A DNA stretch of 64,000 nt from Candidatus Saccharimonadales bacterium (GTDB lineage Bacteria > Patescibacteriota > Saccharimonadia > Saccharimonadales > JAYRRP01): the NCBI GenBank assembly GCA_041910055.1, contig JAYRRP010000003.1, forward strand, positions 301,973 to 365,972, given 5' to 3'. This document shows positions 26,748-34,680 of this stretch, piece after piece (the stretch's first letter is position 1; the number at the start of each line of letters is the position of its first letter). The notes beneath the pieces are model-generated. The model saw nothing but the letters and a program-made list of their open reading frames with translations, ran no database searches and was not told where the DNA came from. A program made the position numbers and the translations under genes.

Positions 26748-27809
26748 GTGAAAGTGAAAAAGTCCTTGGGTAAAATTAAAAAGCTTAAAACTCCTCTCCG
26801 TTTCAACAAGATAACAATTGCTGCTATTGTAGTGGTCTTCGGTGTAATTGGTTATTTGGTTTTGCAGCGGTCTCTGGCAGCTGATTCGGTCGTTGATGTG
26901 CAAGGTGAAAGCCTGACTGCTGCCGGCGGAGCAGGCACCGGCAGCGATGCCAATGCCGCCGGTGGGCAATATTTCAAATTTGCGAGTGAAACTCCACCAC
27001 CACCTCCGCCGAGTAGCGGGGCAGACCCAATTTTACCGAGTGTGAGCGGCACCTGTCCGACGATCAAGAACGGTCAGGTCGCGTTCTCGCAGGACAGTGG
27101 TCGTGTAGTCCACTTCAGAATGGGTAGTAACGCGAGTGCCAAAAGCCCGCTAATCTTTTTATGGCACGGCGCAGAAACAGCTGACACTACAGATTCTGAT
27201 GCTAATGTCATAGCAAACAATCTGTTGCAAAGCTCTACTGTCACTAACTTAGTTAATTCCGGCGCTGTTTTAGCCATAATGAAGATGTATGCTCCAAGCA
27301 CTTGGGATAACGCGAATAGCTGGAGCACCAGTAATCGTGATTTGACTTTGGTTGATGCGGTAGCGGCCTGTGCCGTGAAACAGGGCATCACCGATCCAAA
27401 ACGGATTCATTCGACCGGTATGAGCTGGGGCGGTTTTCAAACCTCTCATTTAGCCTACTTGCGATCAAACTACATTGCCAGTGCGGTGGCGATGTCAGGC
27501 GGCTTTACTGGCAGTGCGCCAAGTAATGCTATACAGCGGCCAACTAATAAGTTTGCTACGATTACTACCTTGGGTTCAACATCTGCAGGTGAGCTAAAAA
27601 CGGTGGTAGCTCCATTACAGGGCTACCGTGATTTCGCCAAATCGAACGGCCAATTCGTGGTCTACTGTCAGCATACTGGCGGACATATTCCAATACCTAA
27701 CGGCGGGCCAATGCAGCAAACATTCTTCCAGGACCACCCTTACGGTGTTGCCAAAGCCTATTCGACTCTTCCAGCCCCACCGTTCTTAAGTTCGTGTTCG
27801 ATATATTAA
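26748..27809 (+). CDS. Secreted alpha/beta-hydrolase esterase (PHB-depolymerase/CE1-like family)
   Basis: Signal anchor, proline linker (PPPPPPP), oxyanion LIFLWHG, and nucleophile elbow GMSWGG. Confidence 0.6.
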   Translation: MKVKKSLGKIKKLKTPLRFNKITIAAIVVVFGVIGYLVLQRSLAADSVVDVQGESLTAAGGAGTGSDANAAGGQYFKFASETPPPPPPSSGADPILPSVSGTCPTIKNGQVAFSQDSGRVVHFRMGSNASAKSPLIFLWHGAETADTTDSDANVIANNLLQSSTVTNLVNSGAVLAIMKMYAPSTWDNANSWSTSNRDLTLVDAVAACAVKQGITDPKRIHSTGMSWGGFQTSHLAYLRSNYIASAVAMSGGFTGSAPSNAIQRPTNKFATITTLGSTSAGELKTVVAPLQGYRDFAKSNGQFVVYCQHTGGHIPIPNGGPMQQTFFQDHPYGVAKAYSTLPAPPFLSSCSIY

Positions 27810-27822
27810 TTAAGAGAAAATT

Positions 27823-29991
27823 ATGTACAAAGAATATAAACTCAACCACATCTCCCAAAAAATACTTCTGGTAGGTGCTGGGGCGGTTTTGTTGGCAGCG
27901 ATGGCGGTAATTGGTCTCAAGTTTTCAAAGGCCCACGCTGCTTGTGCTGGCTCTCAATATGGGAGCGGCAGTCGAAATATAAATGTTGCTAGCAGCGGTA
28001 CGCACCGTGTCTGGGTACGGGTTATGCCAGCAACCTCAACTAATAATTCGTTCTATCTGCAGGTTGATAGTGGCTCTTGCGTCGATGTTGGCACGACTGG
28101 CACCGTAAGTGCAAACCAATGGACATGGGTGGACTACAAGAATGGCAACCAGTCTACGAAGAACGACGTCTCCTTAACTGCTGGCAACCACACTTTAAGC
28201 GTCTATGGCAAAGCAGCTGACCTTAAGATAGATAGAATTATACTGACCACAAACACTTCTTGCGTGCCTTCTGACAAGGGTGACAATTGTGCAACTGTCG
28301 CCACACCTCCCCCTAGCGGTGGTGGATCGTCTAGCGCGGAGGCCATGAAAGGTGTCTGGGCAATTAAGCAGTTTAGCCAACAGACTGGTGGTGGCGGAAC
28401 CTTCGACAGCAACACCATGAATGCTGATATTGCCGGTTTTTCAGCTCGGATGCCATGGAAATTGGTTCAAACCGGGCAAACTAACTTCAACTGGACGGCC
28501 TTTGATGCTCTAGTTAACAGCGCCAAAGCAAAAGGAAAGAAAGTACGTCTATCGGTCATGGCTGGCGTGAATGCACCACCTCAGGGTAGCTGGGTATCCT
28601 ACCAGTATCCATGGTTCGTAGGCAGCGATGACAGTCAGTGCGATTCTGCAAAAGCGAACATGCCAGTACCTTGGGATTCTGGTCTGCTCAGTGCTCAAAC
28701 GACCCTGATCAATGAAATGGCGCGCAAGTGGAAGACCGATTGGGGTACTACCGTCGCGGCTCTGCAGGTGACTGGCCCGTCAGCCCGCTGGGAAGAGCTT
28801 TGTCTACCAAATAATACAGTGAGCCAACCAGGCTATTCTTACAATAGCCGAACCGATAACATTATTCGTAAAACCTGGTCTGACACCATGGATAAATGGA
28901 ATACGGCCCTTAATGCCCAAGGAATCGGCTCCAATCGGATGTTTATATCAGTTTCCGCGCCGCCGCCGTTTTACCCTGGTCTCAGTGATGATGTGGGGAA
29001 TGATGCGGTTGCTAAATTTGGCTCGAGAGTATCACTACAGTGGCACTTCTTGGATACTGGATTTGCAAGCTCCGTGAGTAGTGTATCGAGTACATGGAAA
29101 AGCAAGGCAATGGTAGCTTGGCAGGAATGGGGTGCCACAGCCTTTAAAGACCGATTGATGGGTGCTGGTAAAGGAGCGGCTTGTGGGACTGGTACAGTAG
29201 CAGACTGCGATATTACCACTGCATCAAATCAAGACGTCACAGCGCTTAATGCCAGCCTCAATCTGGCAAAAGATTCAGGGGCCTCATACATGGAGGTCTA
29301 TGATGAAGATCTGAAATTCCCGTTACTCTCGGCCGCTGCTGCCACCATACATAATCAGATGAAGGGTGGCACTACGGTAAATAATGATACTACACCACCA
29401 GATGTGTCATTATCAGCTTCACCTGCAACAGTTACGGCTGGTTCACCTGTTAATCTGGTAGCCGCTGCATCTGACAACTTTGGAGTAACAAAGGTTGAAT
29501 TTTACGAAGGCAGCAAGCTACTCGGTAGCGACCAGACCTCTCCTTATGGCATGAATTGGACCACCACAGGAGTTTCGGCCGGTACGCATAACTTAACTGC
29601 CAAGGCATATGATGCCGCAGGCAATAGTCGAACTAGTAGTGAAGTGCCAGTAGACGTCCAGACCTCTACGCCTACTACTACTGTTGGTACGCCCAATAAT
29701 CTCTCGGTGATTGCTCGGAATTTTGTGACCACCCTTGGCTTCAATCTCCAGTGGGATAAAGTGAATAACGCCAGTGGCTACAAGTTGTATCGCAATAGTA
29801 CTTTGGTGCCGAATGCCATCATTGCTACCAATGCACAGGGCAAGATAACTGCGACAGACTCGGCAGGTGTTCGGGGCTTCACTGGTTATAACTATACTGT
29901 GACCGCGGTGGGCGACAACGGAAGAGAATCGTCCCAGTCGAAGAGCACATACGGGCGCTGTGACTGGTTTATCTGGTGGTTCTGCAAGTAA
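27823..29991 (+). CDS. Secreted multidomain protein: CBM-like N-domain, TIM-barrel glycoside-hydrolase-like core, Ig-like and FN3-like C-terminal domains
   Basis: Signal peptide. THRVWVRV...FYLQVD...LTAGNHTL...IDRIIL (CBM-like). W..V..G..NFNWTAFDALVNSAKAKGKKVRLSV (GH-like). DTTPPDVSLSASP...VTKVEFYEGSKLLG...YDAAGN (Ig-like). Confidence 0.55.
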   Translation: MYKEYKLNHISQKILLVGAGAVLLAAMAVIGLKFSKAHAACAGSQYGSGSRNINVASSGTHRVWVRVMPATSTNNSFYLQVDSGSCVDVGTTGTVSANQWTWVDYKNGNQSTKNDVSLTAGNHTLSVYGKAADLKIDRIILTTNTSCVPSDKGDNCATVATPPPSGGGSSSAEAMKGVWAIKQFSQQTGGGGTFDSNTMNADIAGFSARMPWKLVQTGQTNFNWTAFDALVNSAKAKGKKVRLSVMAGVNAPPQGSWVSYQYPWFVGSDDSQCDSAKANMPVPWDSGLLSAQTTLINEMARKWKTDWGTTVAALQVTGPSARWEELCLPNNTVSQPGYSYNSRTDNIIRKTWSDTMDKWNTALNAQGIGSNRMFISVSAPPPFYPGLSDDVGNDAVAKFGSRVSLQWHFLDTGFASSVSSVSSTWKSKAMVAWQEWGATAFKDRLMGAGKGAACGTGTVADCDITTASNQDVTALNASLNLAKDSGASYMEVYDEDLKFPLLSAAAATIHNQMKGGTTVNNDTTPPDVSLSASPATVTAGSPVNLVAAASDNFGVTKVEFYEGSKLLGSDQTSPYGMNWTTTGVSAGTHNLTAKAYDAAGNSRTSSEVPVDVQTSTPTTTVGTPNNLSVIARNFVTTLGFNLQWDKVNNASGYKLYRNSTLVPNAIIATNAQGKITATDSAGVRGFTGYNYTVTAVGDNGRESSQSKSTYGRCDWFIWWFCK

Positions 29992-30048
29992 ATCCTCTTT
30001 TGAGATATAGACGACGCAGCTCAGGGGTTTGTCTGATAAAATAGGCTT

Positions 30049-30609
30049 ATGGCTAAAAAAGCCTCTGACAAAGCGTTCGAGGACCAATTTGACGACGAAG
30101 AAGTACTATTTGTCTTTCGCAAGCACCCGATTGTGATGCGTAAAGGTTTAATTGTGGCTATGTTGGCAATTTTGTTGGGGACAGTCCCAGCGCTGATTAA
30201 GCCTGAGATGTCTTATTTTTTTGGAGGTTTAGCCGCTGGATTTGCGCTTGCTGCTTTGCTATTCTCACCTTCGTGGATTAGTTGGTATTACAGCGTATAT
30301 ATCGTTACTGATCAACGGCTGATACAGATTATCCAGAAAGGCTTATTCCATCGCAGCGTGGTGGATTTGAGCCTAAGCCAAATCCAGATGGTTAATTATG
30401 AAATTGCCGGTCTTCAGCAAACACTGCTTGGTTTTGGTACAATAATGATGCAAACATACGTGGGGGATCTGATTGTCCACGATGTGCACCATCCCGCTAA
30501 GATTCAGAAGAAAATTCTTAACGTTTTACGTGAACAGGGAATTGTGACAAAAAATTATCCGGCCGAAAAGGAGTCGGCTCCCTTAGAGAATGAAGAAGAA
30601 ACTGCATAA
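30049..30609 (+). CDS. Membrane protein with bacterial PH (bPH/YdbT-like) domain
   Basis: EEVLFVFRKHPIVM, then two TM helices, then YIVTDQRLIQI.... Confidence 0.5.
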   Translation: MAKKASDKAFEDQFDDEEVLFVFRKHPIVMRKGLIVAMLAILLGTVPALIKPEMSYFFGGLAAGFALAALLFSPSWISWYYSVYIVTDQRLIQIIQKGLFHRSVVDLSLSQIQMVNYEIAGLQQTLLGFGTIMMQTYVGDLIVHDVHHPAKIQKKILNVLREQGIVTKNYPAEKESAPLENEEETA

Positions 30610-31657
30610 GCTTATCAGAAGAGGTAAAAAAGCCCCTCTCAAGGCTCCTGAAAACGGTAGCGAGACAACCAAAGAGCCCGTTCCGCGTATTACCAACGAA
30701 ACCGTTGCCGCTCACCGTGAAGAGGTGCTTTCAACGGCTCGCAAGTATATATACCCCTTACAACACTCCAAGCACAAGATCGTGCTTATTACCACCACTC
30801 TATTTATTGCGGCAACTATCGGCTTCTTCAGCTATTGCATTGTTGCATTATACCGGCTCAAAAGTACTTCTAGCTTTATCTACGCCGTCACCCAAGTAGT
30901 ACCGTTCCCGGTGGTGAAAACAGGACCGCACTTCGTTGCCTATGAGAATTACCTGTTTGAGTTGCGCCGCTATATCCATTACTACCATAACCAGCAGAAG
31001 GTAGATTTTAACGATCAATCTGGCAAGGAACAGCTCAACAGCTTTCGCAAAAGGGCCATCGACAAGATAATTAATGATGCCTATGTCAAAGATATTGCCG
31101 GTCAGCACAAAATCTCGGTAAGTAATCAGGAAGTTGATGATGAAATCCGCTTAGTGCAGGCCCAAAACCGTCTGGGCGGGAGCGATAAGGTCTTTGAGGA
31201 TGTATTGAAGGAATATTGGGGCTGGTCTGTATCTGACCTCAAGCGTAGTTTGCGCCAACAACTACTGGCTCAGAAAGTTGTAGCTACACTCGATACTGCT
31301 ACGAAGGCTAAAGCCGAGGCTGCTTACAGCGAACTACAGGGCGGGGCAGATTTTGCCGCGATAGCCAAGAAATACTCTGACGATCCGACGGCAAAAGATA
31401 ATGGTGGCGAGTTTAACTTTATCGATCGTACTAACCGGGAAGTCGATGCCCGGACAGTCGATACGCTTTTTTCACTCAAGCCTGGCGAATACTCCAAACC
31501 GATTAATACTGGCTATAGTCTTGAGATTGTGAAAGCAATTGAAAAACAGGGCGATAAAGTTCGCGGGGCTCGGATTGTACTTAATTACAAAGACATTAGC
31601 AGCTACGTGAATCAGGAAAAAGATAAACAAAAAACCAGGGTCTTCATCAAGCTTTAG
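30590..31657 (+). CDS. Membrane-anchored peptidyl-prolyl isomerase (parvulin/PrsA-SurA-like)
   Basis: TM anchor, SurA-N-like region, and PpiC domain FAAIAKKYSDDPTAKDNGGEFNFIDR...GYSLEIVK. Confidence 0.75.
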   Translation: MKKKLHKLIRRGKKAPLKAPENGSETTKEPVPRITNETVAAHREEVLSTARKYIYPLQHSKHKIVLITTTLFIAATIGFFSYCIVALYRLKSTSSFIYAVTQVVPFPVVKTGPHFVAYENYLFELRRYIHYYHNQQKVDFNDQSGKEQLNSFRKRAIDKIINDAYVKDIAGQHKISVSNQEVDDEIRLVQAQNRLGGSDKVFEDVLKEYWGWSVSDLKRSLRQQLLAQKVVATLDTATKAKAEAAYSELQGGADFAAIAKKYSDDPTAKDNGGEFNFIDRTNREVDARTVDTLFSLKPGEYSKPINTGYSLEIVKAIEKQGDKVRGARIVLNYKDISSYVNQEKDKQKTRVFIKL

Positions 31658-31716
31658 AGTAACTTGAACACAATAAGTACTCAGAATAAACAGGGGTAGT
31701 AATTCGTATTTTGCTG

Positions 31717-31850
31717 TGGTGCGGGTAGAGAATAAACCTTCGGCTTGCGCTCTGCAGTCGTGCTCGAAGCAAGCTTCTGTGCGCGACTTTGATCTTCGAA
31801 CTCCTTTTGCTTTCGCAAAAGACGTTCGCTTCTCGACCACCATGCAGAAT
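31717..31850 (-). repeat. Degenerate partial copy of the tRNA-Gly 3' portion plus structured spacer
   Basis: 31717-31731 (tggtgcgggtagaga) is identical to 31885-31899, the 3' end of tRNA-Gly. On the minus strand the region reads hairpin cttttgcGAAAgcaaaag, then ggagttcga, ~60 nt, then attctctacccgcacca. Confidence 0.7.
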
Positions 31851-31852
31851 TA

Positions 31853-31873
31853 TAAAAACCACCTCGTGGTGGC
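31853..31873 (-). terminator. Rho-independent terminator after tRNA-Gly
   Basis: Minus strand: ccacc-acga-ggtgg followed by ttttt. Confidence 0.65.
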
Positions 31874-31884
31874 TTCCATAATTC

Positions 31885-31959
31885 TGGTGCGGGTAGAGAG
31901 AATCGAACTCTCCTCTCAACCTTGGGAAGGTTGCATATTAGCCACTATACGATACCCGC
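31885..31959 (-). tRNA. tRNA-Gly (anticodon CCC), CCA encoded
   Basis: GCGGGTA acceptor, anticodon arm CAACC-TTCCCAA-GGTTG, T arm GAGAG-TTCGATT-CTCTC. 75 nt. Confidence 0.92.
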
Positions 31960-32108
31960 ATTTTGTTAATGAAAAGAAGCGAGGCAACCCAAGGAGTAGA
32001 TTCATTCTACTCAACTGATTGTCGAGCTGAAGGAGGAGACGCGAAGATTGCGAGTGTCACGCTAACAAAACTTAGTGTGACAGAGAGCGATCGTAGCACT
32101 CTCCGACG

Positions 32109-32185
32109 TGGAGCCACCTCGGGGACTCGAACCCCGGACCTCCACTTTACGAAAGTGGCGCTCTAGCCAGCTGAGCTAAGATGGC
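32109..32185 (-). tRNA. tRNA-Thr (anticodon CGT), CCA encoded
   Basis: GCCATCT acceptor, TAGCTCAGCTGGCTAGAGC D arm, anticodon arm CCACT-TTCGTAA-AGTGG, T arm CCGGGGTTCGAGTCCCCG. 77 nt. Confidence 0.92.
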
Positions 32186-32420
32186 AGGCAATTGAAGCAG
32201 TGCGTATTATAACAGATAGGCGATTGCTTTTTGAGGGGTAAATTGCTATCATCACACCTGTTCTTAGAGGTTTGTTTCTAGAGATTTATAAAAATCTTCA
32301 AACCAAGCCGATAAGGATGTTTGAAGATTTAAGAGGAGGCGCCGCGAGAGAGTAGTGCCAGCCATAAGCATAAATTTATTTTCGCTCATGGCTGGCACAT
32401 ATTACAGCGAGCGCCGACGA

Positions 32421-32498
32421 GGGCTCGTAGTGAAGCTGGCCTATCACGCCTCCCTGTCACGGAGGAGATCGCCGGTTCGAATCCGGTCGGGCCCGCCA
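32421..32498 (+). tRNA. tRNA-Asp (anticodon GTC), CCA encoded
   Basis: GGGCTCG acceptor, anticodon arm CCTCC-CTGTCAC-GGAGG, T arm GCCGG-TTCGAAT-CCGGT. 78 nt. Confidence 0.92.
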
Positions 32499-32507
32499 AT
32501 GAAATCG

Positions 32508-32530
32508 CCCCACCTTGTGTGGGGTGTTTT
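32508..32530 (+). terminator. Rho-independent terminator after tRNA-Asp
   Basis: ccccac-cttgt-gtgggg followed by tgtttt. Confidence 0.7.
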
Positions 32531-32574
32531 CATTAGTTAGTTCCAGTGATTTGAACCGGATACTGCGAAGCAGT

Positions 32575-32681
32575 CGGTTCGGCGATGCGAAAACGCTCGC
32601 AGGAGCTTGCTCCGAGAACGTTTGAGTGAAGAAGCGACGAGCCGAAAGGCGAGGGAAGCGCTACCCGGTCGGCCCCGCCAA
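32575..32681 (+). repeat. tRNA-Asp 3'-portion-like element B with ~79-nt insert at T-loop position
   Basis: gtCGGTTCG + GC/purine-rich insert (gcgatgcgaa...ggaagcgc) + tacCCGGTCGGcCCCGCCAA. Compare the tRNA-Asp sequence GCCGGTTCGAATCCGGTCGGGCCCGCCAA. Confidence 0.65.
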
Positions 32682-32708
32682 ACATAAACGATTTGATATA
32701 CTGAGCGA

Positions 32709-32963
32709 ATGAGAAAAATGCGGTATTTCTACGTAACAGCTCTCACCGCAAGCTTGGCCTTTATTATATTTGCACAAACTGAAGATAATCCAGATGCTTG
32801 GGCACCACCAGGGCTTGACATCATTAGTTTGATTAAAGCGTTACTCGCAATATCGATCCCAACTCTTTTAGTGTTGTGGTACCTTGATGAGCGGAGATAC
32901 AAAAAAGCTCAGCTTTTGAGGGGGAGTCAACCTAAAGTGATTCCCAAATCTAAGCCGAAATAA
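32709..32963 (+). CDS. Small membrane protein (84 aa), hypothetical
   Basis: Two hydrophobic helices, followed by a T-rich hairpin. Flanked by elements B and C. Confidence 0.45.
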   Translation: MRKMRYFYVTALTASLAFIIFAQTEDNPDAWAPPGLDIISLIKALLAISIPTLLVLWYLDERRYKKAQLLRGSQPKVIPKSKPK

Positions 32964-33083
32964 ACCACGGCTTCTACAGTTATGGCTCCCACAAAAGAAA
33001 GTCACTTGGTGGCTCTTTTTTCATGCTGTGGATGGTTGTATTTGAACAAGGCGATGCAGATTTGCCAATAGGCAAAGATGCGA

Positions 33084-33176
33084 ATCGCCGGTTCGGCGTA
33101 GCGAAGCCACGCGCAGATGCTCGCATCGAGCATGGCTGAACGGAGGAGCGCAGTGCTAGCCGGTGGGCCCATCAAT
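33084..33176 (+). repeat. tRNA-Asp 3'-portion-like element C with 61-nt insert at T-loop position
   Basis: ATCGCCGGTTCG is a 12/12 match to the tRNA-Asp T arm. It is followed by a 61-nt insert (gcgtagcgaagcc...ggaggagcgcagtgc) and then tAGCCGGTGGGCCCaTCAAT (16/20 match to the tRNA-Asp 3' end). Confidence 0.7.
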
Positions 33177-33211
33177 AGACAAAAATTACGAAACGTGGTA
33201 TAAACAATTTT

Positions 33212-33652
33212 GTGATATCAAAACAAAATCCAATTTTACTTTACAGGGGCGTACCTGAACACAGTGATGAAAAAGAAAGAGTAGGTCGCTGGTGGTCGAC
33301 TGACCCCTATTATGCTTATCATTATTCGAGTGGCGGCAATGGTAGATTATTTGTTGCACAAGTACAGCCAGAGGTTTTGAGTGAACTTGCAAAAGATGTC
33401 TCTATAGACGAAGGGTATGAAAATTACCTGTTTCCCGATGAAGATCCGGCTGGTGCTCGTACGGCCAGTGAGGAAGAAATTGTAGCGCTGCGATCAGCAA
33501 CAATGATAGTTGAACATGACGACATACCAGGTGGTTCTATGATTCAACGTCCACATAATGCAGTTGAGATCGGTTACGAAATATTCGGGCAAAAAGATAT
33601 TGGAGCAGCGGCACTATCTGAAACTGCTAGAGTACGAGAACTCGAGAGATAG
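33212..33652 (+). CDS. Hypothetical protein, 146 aa
   Basis: ORF only. Motifs LLYRG ... WWSTDP ... EGYENYLF give a weak resemblance to the R-S-E ADP-ribosyltransferase triad. Confidence 0.5.
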   Translation: MISKQNPILLYRGVPEHSDEKERVGRWWSTDPYYAYHYSSGGNGRLFVAQVQPEVLSELAKDVSIDEGYENYLFPDEDPAGARTASEEEIVALRSATMIVEHDDIPGGSMIQRPHNAVEIGYEIFGQKDIGAAALSETARVRELER

Positions 33653-33732
33653 TTCCACATTTTCACCGCTAGAGCCTGCATTTCACAGAGGAGCACGCTT
33701 GCAAAAACACAAAAAAATGCTAATGTATATCT

Positions 33733-34230
33733 ATGGAATCCCCTCAATCTAAACAAAAATTAGAACTAGATCTATCAACGGATGAATGGACAGAACGCCT
33801 TGCAGTCGCTCCTGTTTACGTCAAGAAAGCTAAGGTACAGGCTCGCCAAGTGGCAGAACGCCAAGAAGTGCGTACAACCCTAGCAGATGGTACAGAAGAG
33901 ACGGTAAACATTGCAGAAGCTGGCGACGTGATTGTCACTAACCCTGGCGGTGAAAAGTACGTCTTAAAGCCTGACAATTTTGCCAAACGTTATGAAGCCA
34001 CCGAAGAAGTTGGTGTATTTCGTGCCAAAGGTATGGCCCGCGCTGTAGATAATCCAACTGGCAGCGAGATTGAAATCATGGCTCCCTGGGGCGAAAAGCA
34101 ATTTGGGGGTATGGACTGTTTAATTGCCACTGTCTTTGATCCTGAACAGCCTGATGTGATTGGCGCTGATCGTTATATTATTGGCCGCCAAGAGTTTGAA
34201 TTTACTTACACTCCTTACACAAGAGAGTAG
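33733..34230 (+). CDS. Hypothetical protein, 165 aa (possibly PGDYG-like domain)
   Basis: AGDVIVTNPGGEKYVLKPDNFAKRYE resembles the PGDYG-family motif. Recognition is weak. Confidence 0.5.
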   Translation: MESPQSKQKLELDLSTDEWTERLAVAPVYVKKAKVQARQVAERQEVRTTLADGTEETVNIAEAGDVIVTNPGGEKYVLKPDNFAKRYEATEEVGVFRAKGMARAVDNPTGSEIEIMAPWGEKQFGGMDCLIATVFDPEQPDVIGADRYIIGRQEFEFTYTPYTRE

Positions 34231-34316
34231 GACGGCCCCCAATCAGAGAACAGTGCGGGTACTAGAGACAATATTTTGCTTCTCTAAAGTGAGGGATACA
34301 GTGTAAAATTAAACCA

Positions 34317-34673
34317 ATGCACACACCGAAGAATTATTTGCATGATCGGTTGGTTCTTTTGTTGCTCAGCATCGCGGCGTTTTTGACCGTCGCCGGTAGC
34401 ATCTTTATTCTTTTGCGAATTGATAGCAGTAAAAGTGAAGGTTATATTGTCCAATATCGTGCGAATTTAGGTATTAGTGCATTTAAAGCTGGCCGCTCCA
34501 TAGATCTTTTAGCGTTCATCGTTTTCTTATTCCTCACATTTGGGATACACACTGTGCTCAGTGTACGGTCCTACCGTCCCAATCGGCATATATCGCTGGT
34601 GATACTTGCTTTAGGTATTCTGCTGTTACTGATGGCTATAATTGCGAGCAATGCTCTACTAGTATTGCGTTAA
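34317..34673 (+). CDS. Small integral membrane protein (3-4 TM)
   Basis: 118-aa hydrophobic ORF immediately upstream of the GT2 gene. Confidence 0.55.
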   Translation: MHTPKNYLHDRLVLLLLSIAAFLTVAGSIFILLRIDSSKSEGYIVQYRANLGISAFKAGRSIDLLAFIVFLFLTFGIHTVLSVRSYRPNRHISLVILALGILLLLMAIIASNALLVLR

Positions 34674-34680
34674 GCTACCC

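Noticed and set aside
31647-32540. ORF-track entries 31647..31919(-), 31716..32018(+), 31963..32166(+) and 32355..32540(+).
   Set aside because: They overlap tRNA-Gly, tRNA-Thr, tRNA-Asp and the structured spacers. The translations are low-complexity with no start context. The region is RNA-coding.
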